From contig JAQOWU010000007.1 of NCBI GenBank assembly GCA_030867685.1, forward strand, positions 2,232,001 to 2,296,000: 64,000 nucleotides of DNA, read 5' to 3'. Positions 53,221-62,932 of the stretch are shown piece after piece (position 1 is the first letter of the stretch; each line of letters opens with the position of its first letter). The stretch is from Wickerhamiella versatilis. Taxonomy: Eukaryota. The notes beneath the pieces are model-generated. The model had not been told where the DNA came from, made no database searches, and saw only the letters and a program-made list of their open reading frames with translations. Position numbers and translations under genes: made by a program.

Positions 53221-53536
53221 TATAAAACTTGCTCTCCTACAAAAACTACCTAGTCGTATGGCTTAGCATAATTTTTTTTATACTTCGTTAAAATGACGTT
53301 TCCGCTCTATTTTACAATTCTTGCAAATCGACGTACTTAAAGAGGCAACGGTGTTAGTTTGGACGAATGTACTATTCAGTTTTTTTACTATAGTTTGTAT
53401 TCAGACGATTAGAAAGACCAGATATGGAATCTTGCATCAAGGCACTACTGGCAACTATGTTAAGGTTGCATATCATGTGACATTAGATCAGCGATTCGAT
53501 TATCTTTGCATTCTTACCTTTGTCTTGTTGGCACAA

Positions 53537-55114
53537 ATGTCTAAGGAAATAGGAAAAGAAGATGTTGAACTAACAACAGCGGAAATTGCGGATGTTGATC
53601 CTGAAACTGGTGTTAAACGAGGGCTTAGAACACGACATGTTTCTATGATCGCTTTGGCTGGTATCATAGGAAGTGGCCTCATAGTGGGCAGCGGAAATGC
53701 TCTAGAATTGGGTGGGCCTGCATCGACACTTATCTGTGTAGTAGTAGTGGGCTTTATTGTGCTCTCTGTCATGCAAAGTATCGGAGAAACTGTTACACTA
53801 TATCCAGGTGGGGGTGGTTTCTTAACCATCGCGAGCCGCTTTGTCAATCGTCCCCTCTGCGCGGTGATCTGCTTCAATTACTTTGTAGCTTGGATCATGG
53901 TCTTAGCAAATGAGTATAATGTCTTGACCCAAGTGCTGCACTCTTGGGATTCGTCAGGTGGGGAAGGTACTGGCACTGAAAAGGTTCCAATATATGGATA
54001 TTTCTTACTATTTTTCGCATTTTTTCAATCTTTCCAGATGTTAGGAGTGAAAAGCTTTGGTGAGGCAGAGTTTTGGCTTGCTCTTGTAAAGATCCTAGCA
54101 CTAATCGCCTTCTATATTTTTGCTTTGATCTATGTCTGTGGTGGAATCAAAAATAGGCCAGCTTTCGGATTCCATTACTTCAACGATCCTGGCGCTTTTC
54201 ACCAAGGATTTCGCGGACTTGCACAGTGTTTCGTTTTTTTCTCAACGTTCTACGTAGGTACAGAGGCAGTCGCTCTCACAGCCACTGAGGCAAGAAACCC
54301 AGGTACAGCCATTCCTAAGACAATTTCGCAAGTAATGGTACGAATTTTGTTGATTTACGTTCTGTGCATTTTATTTATGGGAATGACCTGTCCCTACGAC
54401 GACCCCCAATTGTCGAGCGGAGCAACGAAAGCTCTGCTGAGTCCAATGACCATTGCAATCCAGAATGCCGGGCTAGAACAGGGCTATCATATTATAAACG
54501 TGCTTCTTTTGGTTGTGCTGTTATCAGCTATCAACTCCAGTATATACTTTGGATCACGAAGCATCTTTTATTTGGCCGACAATGGCCTGTTGCCTCCCAA
54601 ACGATTTTGGACTTACACTTTACCTAATGGAGTACCTCTCGTCTCAGTTACATTTGCACACCTCTTCGGTTTTCTCTCGTTAATGAATATGAGCGAGGGT
54701 GCCGCTCAGGCATATACTTACATCACCAATCTTAGTGGTATATCAATATTCATTGTATGGGCTGGAATTTCGTTCTCACACCTCCGTTTCCGCCGCGGAT
54801 GGCGATTACAAGGTTATGGTACAGGCGATCTCCCGTACAAATCCTTTTTTTATCCAATTACCCCACTTTTTGGGCTCGTTTTGAGCATCTTTCTGGCGTT
54901 TGTTCAGGGTTGGACAACCTTCAGTCCTTTTTCAGCCGGTAACTTCGTAGACTCCTACATTCTGCTGCCAGTTTCTGGCGTCATTTATATCGTGTACGGT
55001 CTTGTTTTACGTGAATTTAAGTGGAAGAAACCAGAGGATATGGACTTCACATCGGGGAAGCGGGCAGACCTAGATATAACGAAGAAGAAGTTGAAATTGT
55101 GGGAATTAATTTGA
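53537..55114 (+). CDS. Yeast amino acid permease (YAT/APC family)
   Basis: KRGLRTRHVSMIALAGIIGSGL, FGEAEFW, GTEAV...A.EA.NP, S..NSSIY..SR; first ATG at 53537. Confidence 0.92.
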   Translation: MSKEIGKEDVELTTAEIADVDPETGVKRGLRTRHVSMIALAGIIGSGLIVGSGNALELGGPASTLICVVVVGFIVLSVMQSIGETVTLYPGGGGFLTIASRFVNRPLCAVICFNYFVAWIMVLANEYNVLTQVLHSWDSSGGEGTGTEKVPIYGYFLLFFAFFQSFQMLGVKSFGEAEFWLALVKILALIAFYIFALIYVCGGIKNRPAFGFHYFNDPGAFHQGFRGLAQCFVFFSTFYVGTEAVALTATEARNPGTAIPKTISQVMVRILLIYVLCILFMGMTCPYDDPQLSSGATKALLSPMTIAIQNAGLEQGYHIINVLLLVVLLSAINSSIYFGSRSIFYLADNGLLPPKRFWTYTLPNGVPLVSVTFAHLFGFLSLMNMSEGAAQAYTYITNLSGISIFIVWAGISFSHLRFRRGWRLQGYGTGDLPYKSFFYPITPLFGLVLSIFLAFVQGWTTFSPFSAGNFVDSYILLPVSGVIYIVYGLVLREFKWKKPEDMDFTSGKRADLDITKKKLKLWELI

Positions 55115-55633
55115 TCAATGGATGGAAATTAACCAAGCGGCTATATCATATCAGCCAGCAGTTCACTACTGGGGTGGGTCACCACCAATATTTTATATTT
55201 AAGGATGTGAAATGCCTTACTTTCTATGATCTCCGTTTGCTTTTTTCTGCCAGTCTGTAAAATGTGATCTACGCCAGCCAGAGCAGACATTAATACCGTA
55301 ACAGATGCGTATTACAAGTGTTATGTTCTACTTATTTTATAATCGCTAATTGTAATGTATAGTATAGAGCAACAAATTCAACCTGACAAATGCAACTAGT
55401 ATATTAATTCTGCAACAATTAGTCTTGAGCTAAAATTTTTTTTCAGATTTAATTGCTGTTGAGCAAGATACACTGGTTGCATTATGCACATACATGACTA
55501 AACCAACCGTAAGGGATATTATTCTATTATGATAACTTCCTGTTCAGGTTATATGAATATCAAGTAATTTTCCTTTTAAAGCAGCTAGTTATGTGTATAT
55601 ATCGCATTACCATTCATCAAGTAGTAGACGAAT

Positions 55634-56227
55634 ATGTTCCTGGCTTCTATCACATTTGCACTGCTGTTGCTTCAAGGCGTTTGTTTCGCTAAAACCACTT
55701 CGACAGCCGAACCCCAAAAGAGTTCGGATGTAACAAATGACGATTCAACGGTCTGCGCTGTAGCAGTTCTGCAAGGTCCTTCAAATGTTAAGGGCACCGT
55801 TACCTTCTTGCAACCATCACAAACGGACACTGTGGCAGTGCACTATAACATATCAGGGAATGATCCCAATGCTCTGAGGGGATTTCATGTTCATGAGTTG
55901 GGAGACCTCCAGGATGGATGCTCTTCGGCTGGAAGTCACTACAACCCGCTTAATCGTCAACATGGGGGTCCGAATTCCGAAAACCGACATATGGGAGATC
56001 TTGGAAATGTCAAAACAGATGAGGACGGCAATGCAATTGGCATCATAAATGATAGCCAGTTAACTCTCTTTGGAGTGCATTCCATTGTGGGTCGATCAAT
56101 AGTGATACATTCTGGTGAAGACGACCTGGGGCAGTTCGATGGTGAGTCGAAAATCACAGGAAACTCAGGCAGCCGTAATGCTTGCGGAACAATAAGCATA
56201 GCAAATAATTCAAGCTTAAATTGGTGA
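55634..56227 (+). CDS. Secreted Cu,Zn superoxide dismutase
   Basis: Signal peptide, GFHVH, SAGSHYNP, HGGP, RHMGDLGNV, IVIHSGEDDLG, GNSGSR.ACG. Confidence 0.92.
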   Translation: MFLASITFALLLLQGVCFAKTTSTAEPQKSSDVTNDDSTVCAVAVLQGPSNVKGTVTFLQPSQTDTVAVHYNISGNDPNALRGFHVHELGDLQDGCSSAGSHYNPLNRQHGGPNSENRHMGDLGNVKTDEDGNAIGIINDSQLTLFGVHSIVGRSIVIHSGEDDLGQFDGESKITGNSGSRNACGTISIANNSSLNW

Positions 56228-56507
56228 TGGAAATAGGCCATCTGTGACCAATTTATAAATGAAGCGTTGCCAGAATAAAAAACTTATTCCATCCAAGACA
56301 TGTACACCGCGCACATATTGCACTTGCACAAGTTTTCGATTCAACTCATTGGTAATAGGGCAAAACACAGCATGACAACCATTAAAACTATCGCTACAAC
56401 GCAGTACGTTAGCAACCCGAGGGAGCTAGCGACTAGAAATTAAATCACCGGAACCGATGGAACTGGTGAAATCTAATGTCATATTACATATATTTGCATT
56501 GGTGATT

Positions 56508-56834
56508 TTAGCAGCCAGTGAGACCTACTAGCAGCTCAATGCACATAGCTAAACTCACGGCACCGTAGAAGCAATCCCAGCAGCCACGGCCACCTCCTCT
56601 ATTGCCACCTCCACCCTGCTGGACATAGACTGGTTGCTGCTGAGCATATCCACCCTGCGGGGGAGGTGCATAATTCTGATAGTTTGGTTGATATTGCGGC
56701 TGTTGATACCCCTGATTCTGTTGTGGCGGAGCACCATAACCCTGCGAAGCATTCGGCTGGCTGTTTTTGCCAGAACTCGCATTAAAACTGGGGGGAGGGC
56801 CCTCAGGTGGTCTGTAGTATTCCTGTTTAGACAT
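56508..56834 (-). CDS. CYSTM-type Gln/Pro/Tyr-rich tail-anchored membrane protein
   Basis: YYRPPEGPPP, Q/Y-rich body, PVYVQQ, Cys-containing hydrophobic C-terminus. Confidence 0.7.
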   Translation of the reverse strand: MSKQEYYRPPEGPPPSFNASSGKNSQPNASQGYGAPPQQNQGYQQPQYQPNYQNYAPPPQGGYAQQQPVYVQQGGGGNRGGGRGCWDCFYGAVSLAMCIELLVGLTGC

Positions 56835-57133
56835 GATCCTATAAAGTCCCGAGGAGGGTGTCGAAGTTACGATCCGCGGTTTACGTAATATATTGCTGGG
56901 GTTGCGGCGGGACGCCTGCGGACGACCGAGCGAAGCGTCTCCTTAAATTGCGCAGCGAATGATACTGGAGGAATAAAAGAATTTAAAAGTTTTTAAGGTT
57001 TCCAGGCAGTACTAACTATTGTCTAAAAGCACACTACAATATTGATTACACTAATTAGACGTACTGTGCTTACCTGCCTAAGAATGATTGTTTCTTTAAC
57101 ATCAAAAATGGGTTTCTCAACTAGCTAAACTGC

Positions 57134-58504
57134 TTAGAACAGTGCAAGAATAGCAACGGCGCCAATGACAAGACCACTGATGGGGCTCACCGCGCTTCCG
57201 GCGTTTGCAACAGCAGGCTGGGAGCTTGGCACGAACTCAGCAGCAGAGGTTGCTGCAGGGACAGTTCCGTTAGATGGAGAGCTCTTAGATGGCAACTTAG
57301 CAGCAGAGGACTCCGGAGCGCTGGCAGCAGGAGCGCTGGCAGCAGGAGCACTAGCAGCAGGAGCGCTGGCCTCAGTGGTGCATGGGGCAGTCACAGTAAC
57401 GGTGACAGTCTCAGGCGTGCACACAGCAGAAGACGAAGGGAGGGCACTCTCCGCAGCAGAGGTTGGCGGGAGAGCAGACTCCGCAGCCGAGGTAGCAGGG
57501 GGAGCCGCCTCAGGGGCCGAGGTAGCAGGGGTAGGAGCCGACTCGGGGGCCGAAGTAGCGGCAGGAGCCGACTCAGGGGCCGAGGTAGCAGGGGTAGGAG
57601 CAGACTCAGGAGCAGACTCAGGGGCCGAAGTAGCAGGAGGAGCGGACTCAGGGGCCGAAGTGGCGGGGGTAGGAGCCGACTCGGGGGCCGAGGTAGCAGG
57701 AGGAGCAGACTCAGGAGCCGACTCAGGGGCCGAGGTGGCAGGAACGCCCTCACTCTCACTGGGGGAAGCCGAAGGCTTGGTAGACATAGTCTTTGTGAGA
57801 GTCAAAGTGGTTGCAGATGAAATGGTGTAGGTCTTGGACTCATGAGTGAAAGTGGTAGGACTTGGGCAGTATGTAGTGAAGTGAGTAACATCAGCTGTGA
57901 CAGTGCTCTCGGCAGGAGCGCTTGAGTTTGCAGACCTGGGGGGAACTGCGCTCTCAGCAGCGGAAGTTGGAGGAATCTCAGAAGATTCGGTGGCTGCTGG
58001 TGCAGACTCAGGTGCGGAGGTTGGGGTGCCAGAGCTTGCCTCAGTCTTGGTGCAGTCACAGTCCTCGATAGTCATAGTCGTAGCCTCGGTAACAGTGTAG
58101 GTGGAGGAACCGTGAGTGAACACAGTAGGAGAAGAGCAGTAGGTAGTAATGTAATTAGTGACCTCTGCAGTCTTGGTGACATCAGGACCAGATGATGGGA
58201 CACCAGATCCAGTGGCAGTAGAGGCAGATGATGGGACGGCAGACTCGGCGGCCGAGGTGGCAGGAAGACTGGAGTCAGTCTTGGTACAGTCACAGTCCTC
58301 AATAGTCAATGTGGTTGCCTCAGTCACGGTGTAAGTGGATGAGCCATGAGTGAATGTAGTTGGTGATGGACAGTATGTCGTGAAGTGGGTAACATCAGCA
58401 GTAGCAGTGGCAACAGCTGGAACGGTAGTGTTCCAGTATAGGCTGTTACCAGCTACAGCCTGCAAAGCAGCGACAAGAACCACAGGAGCGACGTTGCTAA
58501 TCAT
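57134..58504 (-). CDS. GPI-anchored Ser/Thr-rich cell wall mannoprotein (Sed1/Ccw12-type repeats)
   Basis: Signal peptide, three TTYC(P/S)SPT.FTH..TYT...ATT.T domains, ATSAPES repeats, C-terminal ANAG plus hydrophobic GPI signal. Confidence 0.9.
   Translation of the reverse strand: MISNVAPVVLVAALQAVAGNSLYWNTTVPAVATATADVTHFTTYCPSPTTFTHGSSTYTVTEATTLTIEDCDCTKTDSSLPATSAAESAVPSSASTATGSGVPSSGPDVTKTAEVTNYITTYCSSPTVFTHGSSTYTVTEATTMTIEDCDCTKTEASSGTPTSAPESAPAATESSEIPPTSAAESAVPPRSANSSAPAESTVTADVTHFTTYCPSPTTFTHESKTYTISSATTLTLTKTMSTKPSASPSESEGVPATSAPESAPESAPPATSAPESAPTPATSAPESAPPATSAPESAPESAPTPATSAPESAPAATSAPESAPTPATSAPEAAPPATSAAESALPPTSAAESALPSSSAVCTPETVTVTVTAPCTTEASAPAASAPAASAPAASAPESSAAKLPSKSSPSNGTVPAATSAAEFVPSSQPAVANAGSAVSPISGLVIGAVAILALF
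57460..57745 (-). repeat. Intragenic minisatellite encoding (P/A)ATSA(P/A)E(S/A)A repeats
   Basis: Recurrent ~30-45 bp units built on GACTC(A/G)GGGGCCGA(A/G)GT(A/G)GC on the + strand. Confidence 0.85.
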
Positions 58505-59524
58505 AAAGAATGAACTAAAGAACGTTGTGAATCAAAAGGGAAAGGGGACCCCCTGAAATATATATATTTTTTCGAGGCGTAGGGGAATTCCCATCACATC
58601 GCATAAGCAGTATGTGGTAGTGCTGCTCGATATAGGGGTATGCAGACCCCTTACCCGTTGAGCATTCTTCGAAGTAGCGGGTTATAGAATTGCGATGGAA
58701 CGATAATTAGTAGCCCAAATAGACATTAATTTGATTCCATTCTCTTATTCTCGCGATTTAGGTGGGTTCAGACCGTTGTAACGAAGTTGTTGGTATTTAG
58801 CGAGATCCAACGCGTCTAGGTATGTATTAGTAATGACGCGGGGGAGGGGCACACAGGGGTGACATATGACCATCAAAACAATAAATTGGCCTTTTTTCTA
58901 CAATTTATTTCTAGAATGATCTGAAATTGTTAGAATCCCCATAAGAATAGACTGAGGCTTTAAGGAATTACTCGAAAACATGACATTCTTGACGCGCTGG
59001 TATTATACCCTAGCCCCCGAAGACTCCTGGTTGTTAACCACGGGTGGGTTGAAACCAAGAAGTAAACAAAAAAAAAGAGGGTTAATTATAAAGGTTCAGT
59101 AATAGATTGCGAGTTAATTTGTCTTCAACCTACATAGTTATAACGATTTTTTAAATTTTTTTCCCTTGTTCTGATTGACCCCAGTACGTTTAGCGGTATG
59201 TATTACTGGAAGGTTATTTAGCTAGTATGGCTGAGCCCCGGCCTAGGGTAACGAGTTTTTCTAGGTGTTCAGCTTTTTGCAGTTCAATTGATACAATATA
59301 TTCAATAATATGTTTATAGTATGTCGAAATAGAAAAGTCCAAATTATAACGAAGATACGAAAAAAATCTCTGCAAGTAAGACACTATATCAGGTACAATG
59401 TTCTTGTCTTTAAAAAAAAATTATACTTAGAGGGTTAGAAATACTTCAATCAATTAACGAAAAGGCTTCCAAATCAACCGGAATGCCTATTTCTTAGATG
59501 CTATTTGCTCGTCATGCGACTATG

Positions 59525-59534
59525 CTATTTATAG
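59525..59534. promoter_or_regulatory. Rlm1/MEF2-type site upstream of the GPI wall protein gene
   Basis: CTATTTATAG consensus match about 1 kb upstream of 58504; it could instead be part of the NHA 3' UTR. Confidence 0.3.
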
Positions 59535-59626
59535 CAAAAAAGAATTATGAACTATATATAGCATTGCCACTCTAGTAATTGAGATTGATTGAGACATTAG
59601 GAATTAAATATATAGACATTTATTTT

Positions 59627-60970
59627 CTAGGATTTGGCTTTTGACTTATTATTGACCCTTTCGAGAATACGCACGACTCGCACCGATAATCCATGGACTA
59701 TTACAGAACTAAGCACAATAAAACATGTAACTGGCCAAATGCGTGCTAATACATTCATTCCTTTTATCCCACTTGTCGGAATTGTGTCCTCAGGAACATT
59801 CCCATTTCCCTCAAGTCGACTAGAAGCCAAGAGAGACATGTAAATTGCCGCCACCCCGATTGGTCCGAAGTGTCCACATATCAACGCGTCCTTCCAACTA
59901 TGGACTGCTGGAATGACAGGTTTAAGGATTAAAAGAGCTGGAATTCGCCTTCCAACTAAGATTAAGATCGAAATCACTATCAATCGCCATACGGGCATTC
60001 CTAATGCCGTATCATTGAAGCTTTCCCAAGGAATAATAGCACCAAAATAAATGAAATATGATGTGTTTATGACGAAGTCGATAAAACCGGTGACATCAAG
60101 ATCTGCAGTAATATTATGTGCCCATTTGTCCCAAGAAAATGCCGCACCAGCAAAGAAAGAAACCAAAAAATCGTCCACCCCTAACACGGATCCTACTCCC
60201 GCGCACCAAAGTCCCATTATTATATTGAATGCCAGCATATGCTCACCTTTTATTTGATACCACCTTCCGCTGAATTTGAAGATCTCGCGAAAAACAAATC
60301 CTATTACGGCACCTAGGATACAGCCAAATAAAACCTCATAGAGTACTGTTAGTACTATAAAGTCCTTTGCTACCTCATTGGCATGATGCTCATGGAGCAA
60401 TATATGTACAGGTAACATCATGAATGGTAATGCCATTCCATCATTAGAGGCCGATTCTGCAGAGAGCAGAGACGTGATTCTTTGAGGAAGCGATTTTGCG
60501 AAGTCTGAATTGGCAACTACCGCGCTCGCCAACACAGGATCGGTTGCTGTGACACAGCCTGCAATTACAAGCGCCTCAACCCAGCGAAGGGGTGGCAGGA
60601 GCTTCCATATAAAAATAGAATTCAGCATATAGCCTATAACCATGATAGGACCAAGTACCATGACTAGACTAAGCCAATTCTTCATGATATACTTCGGCGG
60701 TAACTCCACGCTGGAACCGAATATCTGAATATTCATAACAATTCTCGACAGTTCGAGTGTAATATAGTAAGTGTTACCCCACTTGTTTGGACTGAGCCAA
60801 TCTAAGCAATGTGGGCCTACAATCAGTCCGTATATTACTGCAATGATTACTTCTGAAAGATCAAAACGTTGCTTAAACGCGAGAGCGACCGAGCCTACGA
60901 TAATCAGGCCAAAGCTCAGACAAGCTAAACCTACATGTGGATATGTACCAGAGATTTCTTCAAAGGCCAT
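59627..60970 (-). CDS. Plasma-membrane Na+(K+)/H+ antiporter, Nha1/Sod2 family, lacking the long hydrophilic tail
   Basis: GPHCL, VELP.KY, TATDPVLA, SAES..NDG, GVDDFL, RRIP, HFGPIGV, S..VHG.S. Confidence 0.92.
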   Translation of the reverse strand: MAFEEISGTYPHVGLACLSFGLIIVGSVALAFKQRFDLSEVIIAVIYGLIVGPHCLDWLSPNKWGNTYYITLELSRIVMNIQIFGSSVELPPKYIMKNWLSLVMVLGPIMVIGYMLNSIFIWKLLPPLRWVEALVIAGCVTATDPVLASAVVANSDFAKSLPQRITSLLSAESASNDGMALPFMMLPVHILLHEHHANEVAKDFIVLTVLYEVLFGCILGAVIGFVFREIFKFSGRWYQIKGEHMLAFNIIMGLWCAGVGSVLGVDDFLVSFFAGAAFSWDKWAHNITADLDVTGFIDFVINTSYFIYFGAIIPWESFNDTALGMPVWRLIVISILILVGRRIPALLILKPVIPAVHSWKDALICGHFGPIGVAAIYMSLLASSRLEGNGNVPEDTIPTSGIKGMNVLARIWPVTCFIVLSSVIVHGLSVRVVRILERVNNKSKAKS

Positions 60971-61122
60971 CTACTCCGCACGTCAGTAATGACCAATATC
61001 GCCCGCGGACTCTTTTTACCCTGCCTGTTAGCCAATCAAATCCTCTTGCTGAATAAGACGATTTTTAATTGCTGAGTATGTCTCACATGGGTGTAAGATG
61101 GAGCAAAAGCATTGAGCCTCAA

Positions 61123-61138
61123 TATATATATATATATA
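61123..61138. repeat. (TA)8 run in the divergent NHA/racemase promoter
   Basis: Read directly from the sequence. Confidence 0.8.
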
Positions 61139-61270
61139 TGCAAATTGGTTAACAGCGACCTAACCAGCTCAATATTTCTCTGCGACTTTTGCTTGTCCGG
61201 CGTTGACGAACGAAGTTATTACCCGCGATGACAAATCATAGAAATGTAGCACAAGAAATTCTTTCTGATA

Positions 61271-62008
61271 ATGCGGATTCACGTTATCAATCCTAATACT
61301 AGTAATAGTATGACAGAAAAAATAGCCGTGGCAGCAAAGAATGCTAGTCGCACAGCGGAAGTTGTGGCCGTGACAAACAGCGAGGGGCCAGCCTCACTCG
61401 AAAGCCATTTTGATGAAGCCTTGGCTGTGCCGGGCCTTCTTAGAACAATTAGGGAAATCAGGGATGGTGAGACTGATGGCATATTGCTTGCTTGTTTCGG
61501 AGATCCCGGTGTCCATGCTGCACGAGAGCTTTCGTCGGTACCCGTCTTTGGAATTGCAGAGGCAGCGATGAGAACAGCAGCTGCCCTCAGCAGTAAGTTT
61601 TCAATTGTCACTACACTTGCCCGTACGATTCCGATAGCCGAAAATATTCTTCAACAAATCGGATTGGAGCGTTGTTGTGCTAGAATTCGCGCTTGCGAAA
61701 TTCCTGTTTCCGATCTAGAAGACAAGGGTGGTGATCCAAAGGCTTTTAACACACTTCTTGAGGAATGCAAACGTGCTGTTGATGAGGATGGTGTCGATGC
61801 TTTGGTTCTTGGATGCGCCGGCATGGCAGACCTGACGGCCAACATCAGCACCGAATTAGGAATTCCAGTTATCGACGGTGTAGCCGCTGGTGTCCAATTA
61901 TTGGAAAGCTTGGCCAATCTAGGACTGAGGCCAGCCAAGATTGGTGATAGAGCTATGCCACCGGCAAAAAATATCATTGGACCCAATGCCGACTTAGGGC
62001 GCGCTTAA
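61271..62008 (+). CDS. Hydantoin/allantoin racemase (Asp/Glu/hydantoin racemase family), HpxA-like, bacterial-like
   Basis: INPNTS..MT, H.DEA, ACFGDPG and LGCAGM (two catalytic Cys), PV.GIAEAAM, FSIVTTL.RT, PVIDGV. Confidence 0.92.
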   Translation: MRIHVINPNTSNSMTEKIAVAAKNASRTAEVVAVTNSEGPASLESHFDEALAVPGLLRTIREIRDGETDGILLACFGDPGVHAARELSSVPVFGIAEAAMRTAAALSSKFSIVTTLARTIPIAENILQQIGLERCCARIRACEIPVSDLEDKGGDPKAFNTLLEECKRAVDEDGVDALVLGCAGMADLTANISTELGIPVIDGVAAGVQLLESLANLGLRPAKIGDRAMPPAKNIIGPNADLGRA

Positions 62009-62168
62009 TATTATCAAAACTCATGCTTGTACACCGTAACACCATTCCTTATTGAAAGAAGGATGGTAGTGCATTATTATAGTTTCAATTATAAGGAAGA
62101 CCGAATAGATCTTAACTAATCCGACACGGATTATTTCGTAGCTTTGTAATTACTTCTCTTTTGATCTA

Positions 62169-62654
62169 TTGTGCACCATTATATCGGCTGCGGAGCGTTT
62201 AGAGCAGTTGCTCCATTCCGTGTCTCGAGTAGAGTTTTTCAGTACTAGTCAAGATGGGTCCAGGACGGGATGGGATGGTAAAGGGACTGGGCGAGTGGTT
62301 ATAGAAGTGGACCCAATATCCTCGGTAAAGCAGGTCCGACTTTATGAAACGGGCGAATTCAAAGGCGACGCGTTCGGTGTGGTGACCTACCGCAATACGT
62401 ATAGATTTGATTGGCTATCAGACCGAATTCGCTTGTACCATGAGAGACTGGGTGCCGACAACGCTGTTTGGCTGGTTGATCTTGTGTTATCAAAGTTGGA
62501 TCCAAGGGTGCTGGTCAGTGAGTCTCCTCATTTGTGTGGAGAAGATACTTATGATGCCTCTTTGAAACTTCTAAATGGCAGGTTTGTTCTAATCTGGGAC
62601 ATCAGAGGACCCCGTAAGAATGAGCATATAGAGTACTATTACGCATCTATTTAG
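62169..62654 (+). CDS. DUF6314-like beta-barrel protein, bacterial-like; no ATG in the open frame
   Basis: TGW.G.G.G.V, E.G.F, N.YR, RL.HER.G...VWL, HLCGED.Y.A, W.I.GP.K.E.I.Y.Y; the 161-codon frame contains no Met. Confidence 0.65.
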   Translation: MCTIISAAERLEQLLHSVSRVEFFSTSQDGSRTGWDGKGTGRVVIEVDPISSVKQVRLYETGEFKGDAFGVVTYRNTYRFDWLSDRIRLYHERLGADNAVWLVDLVLSKLDPRVLVSESPHLCGEDTYDASLKLLNGRFVLIWDIRGPRKNEHIEYYYASI

Positions 62655-62932
62655 TATAACCGATAGAAAGATAAAATTCCAGAAACAATGCACAATATTA
62701 ACCGAATTGGTGCCAATGGCTACAGAAAAATACTCATTAATTGTACCTTCCAGATGGTAAAGTATTTAAATACCACCATAACATTTTAAGCATCCTAACA
62801 TAGGCTAAGGATGTCCATTAAGAATATTTGAGGGCTCAGAAAGCAGCCGCTAGTCCACTCGCCCCAATAATTTATTTCTGCCACTCGGCAACTATTCTCT
62901 TCTGAGATTTAAATATCGGACGTGATCATCAT

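Noticed and set aside
53321-53536. 72-aa extension of the amino acid permease
   Set aside because: TTG start; family homology begins after ATG 53537
57165-57830. 221-aa Gly/Ala-rich + strand ORF and the overlapping 122-aa Leu/Arg/Pro ORF
   Set aside because: Alternate-frame and antisense products of the GPI-protein minisatellite
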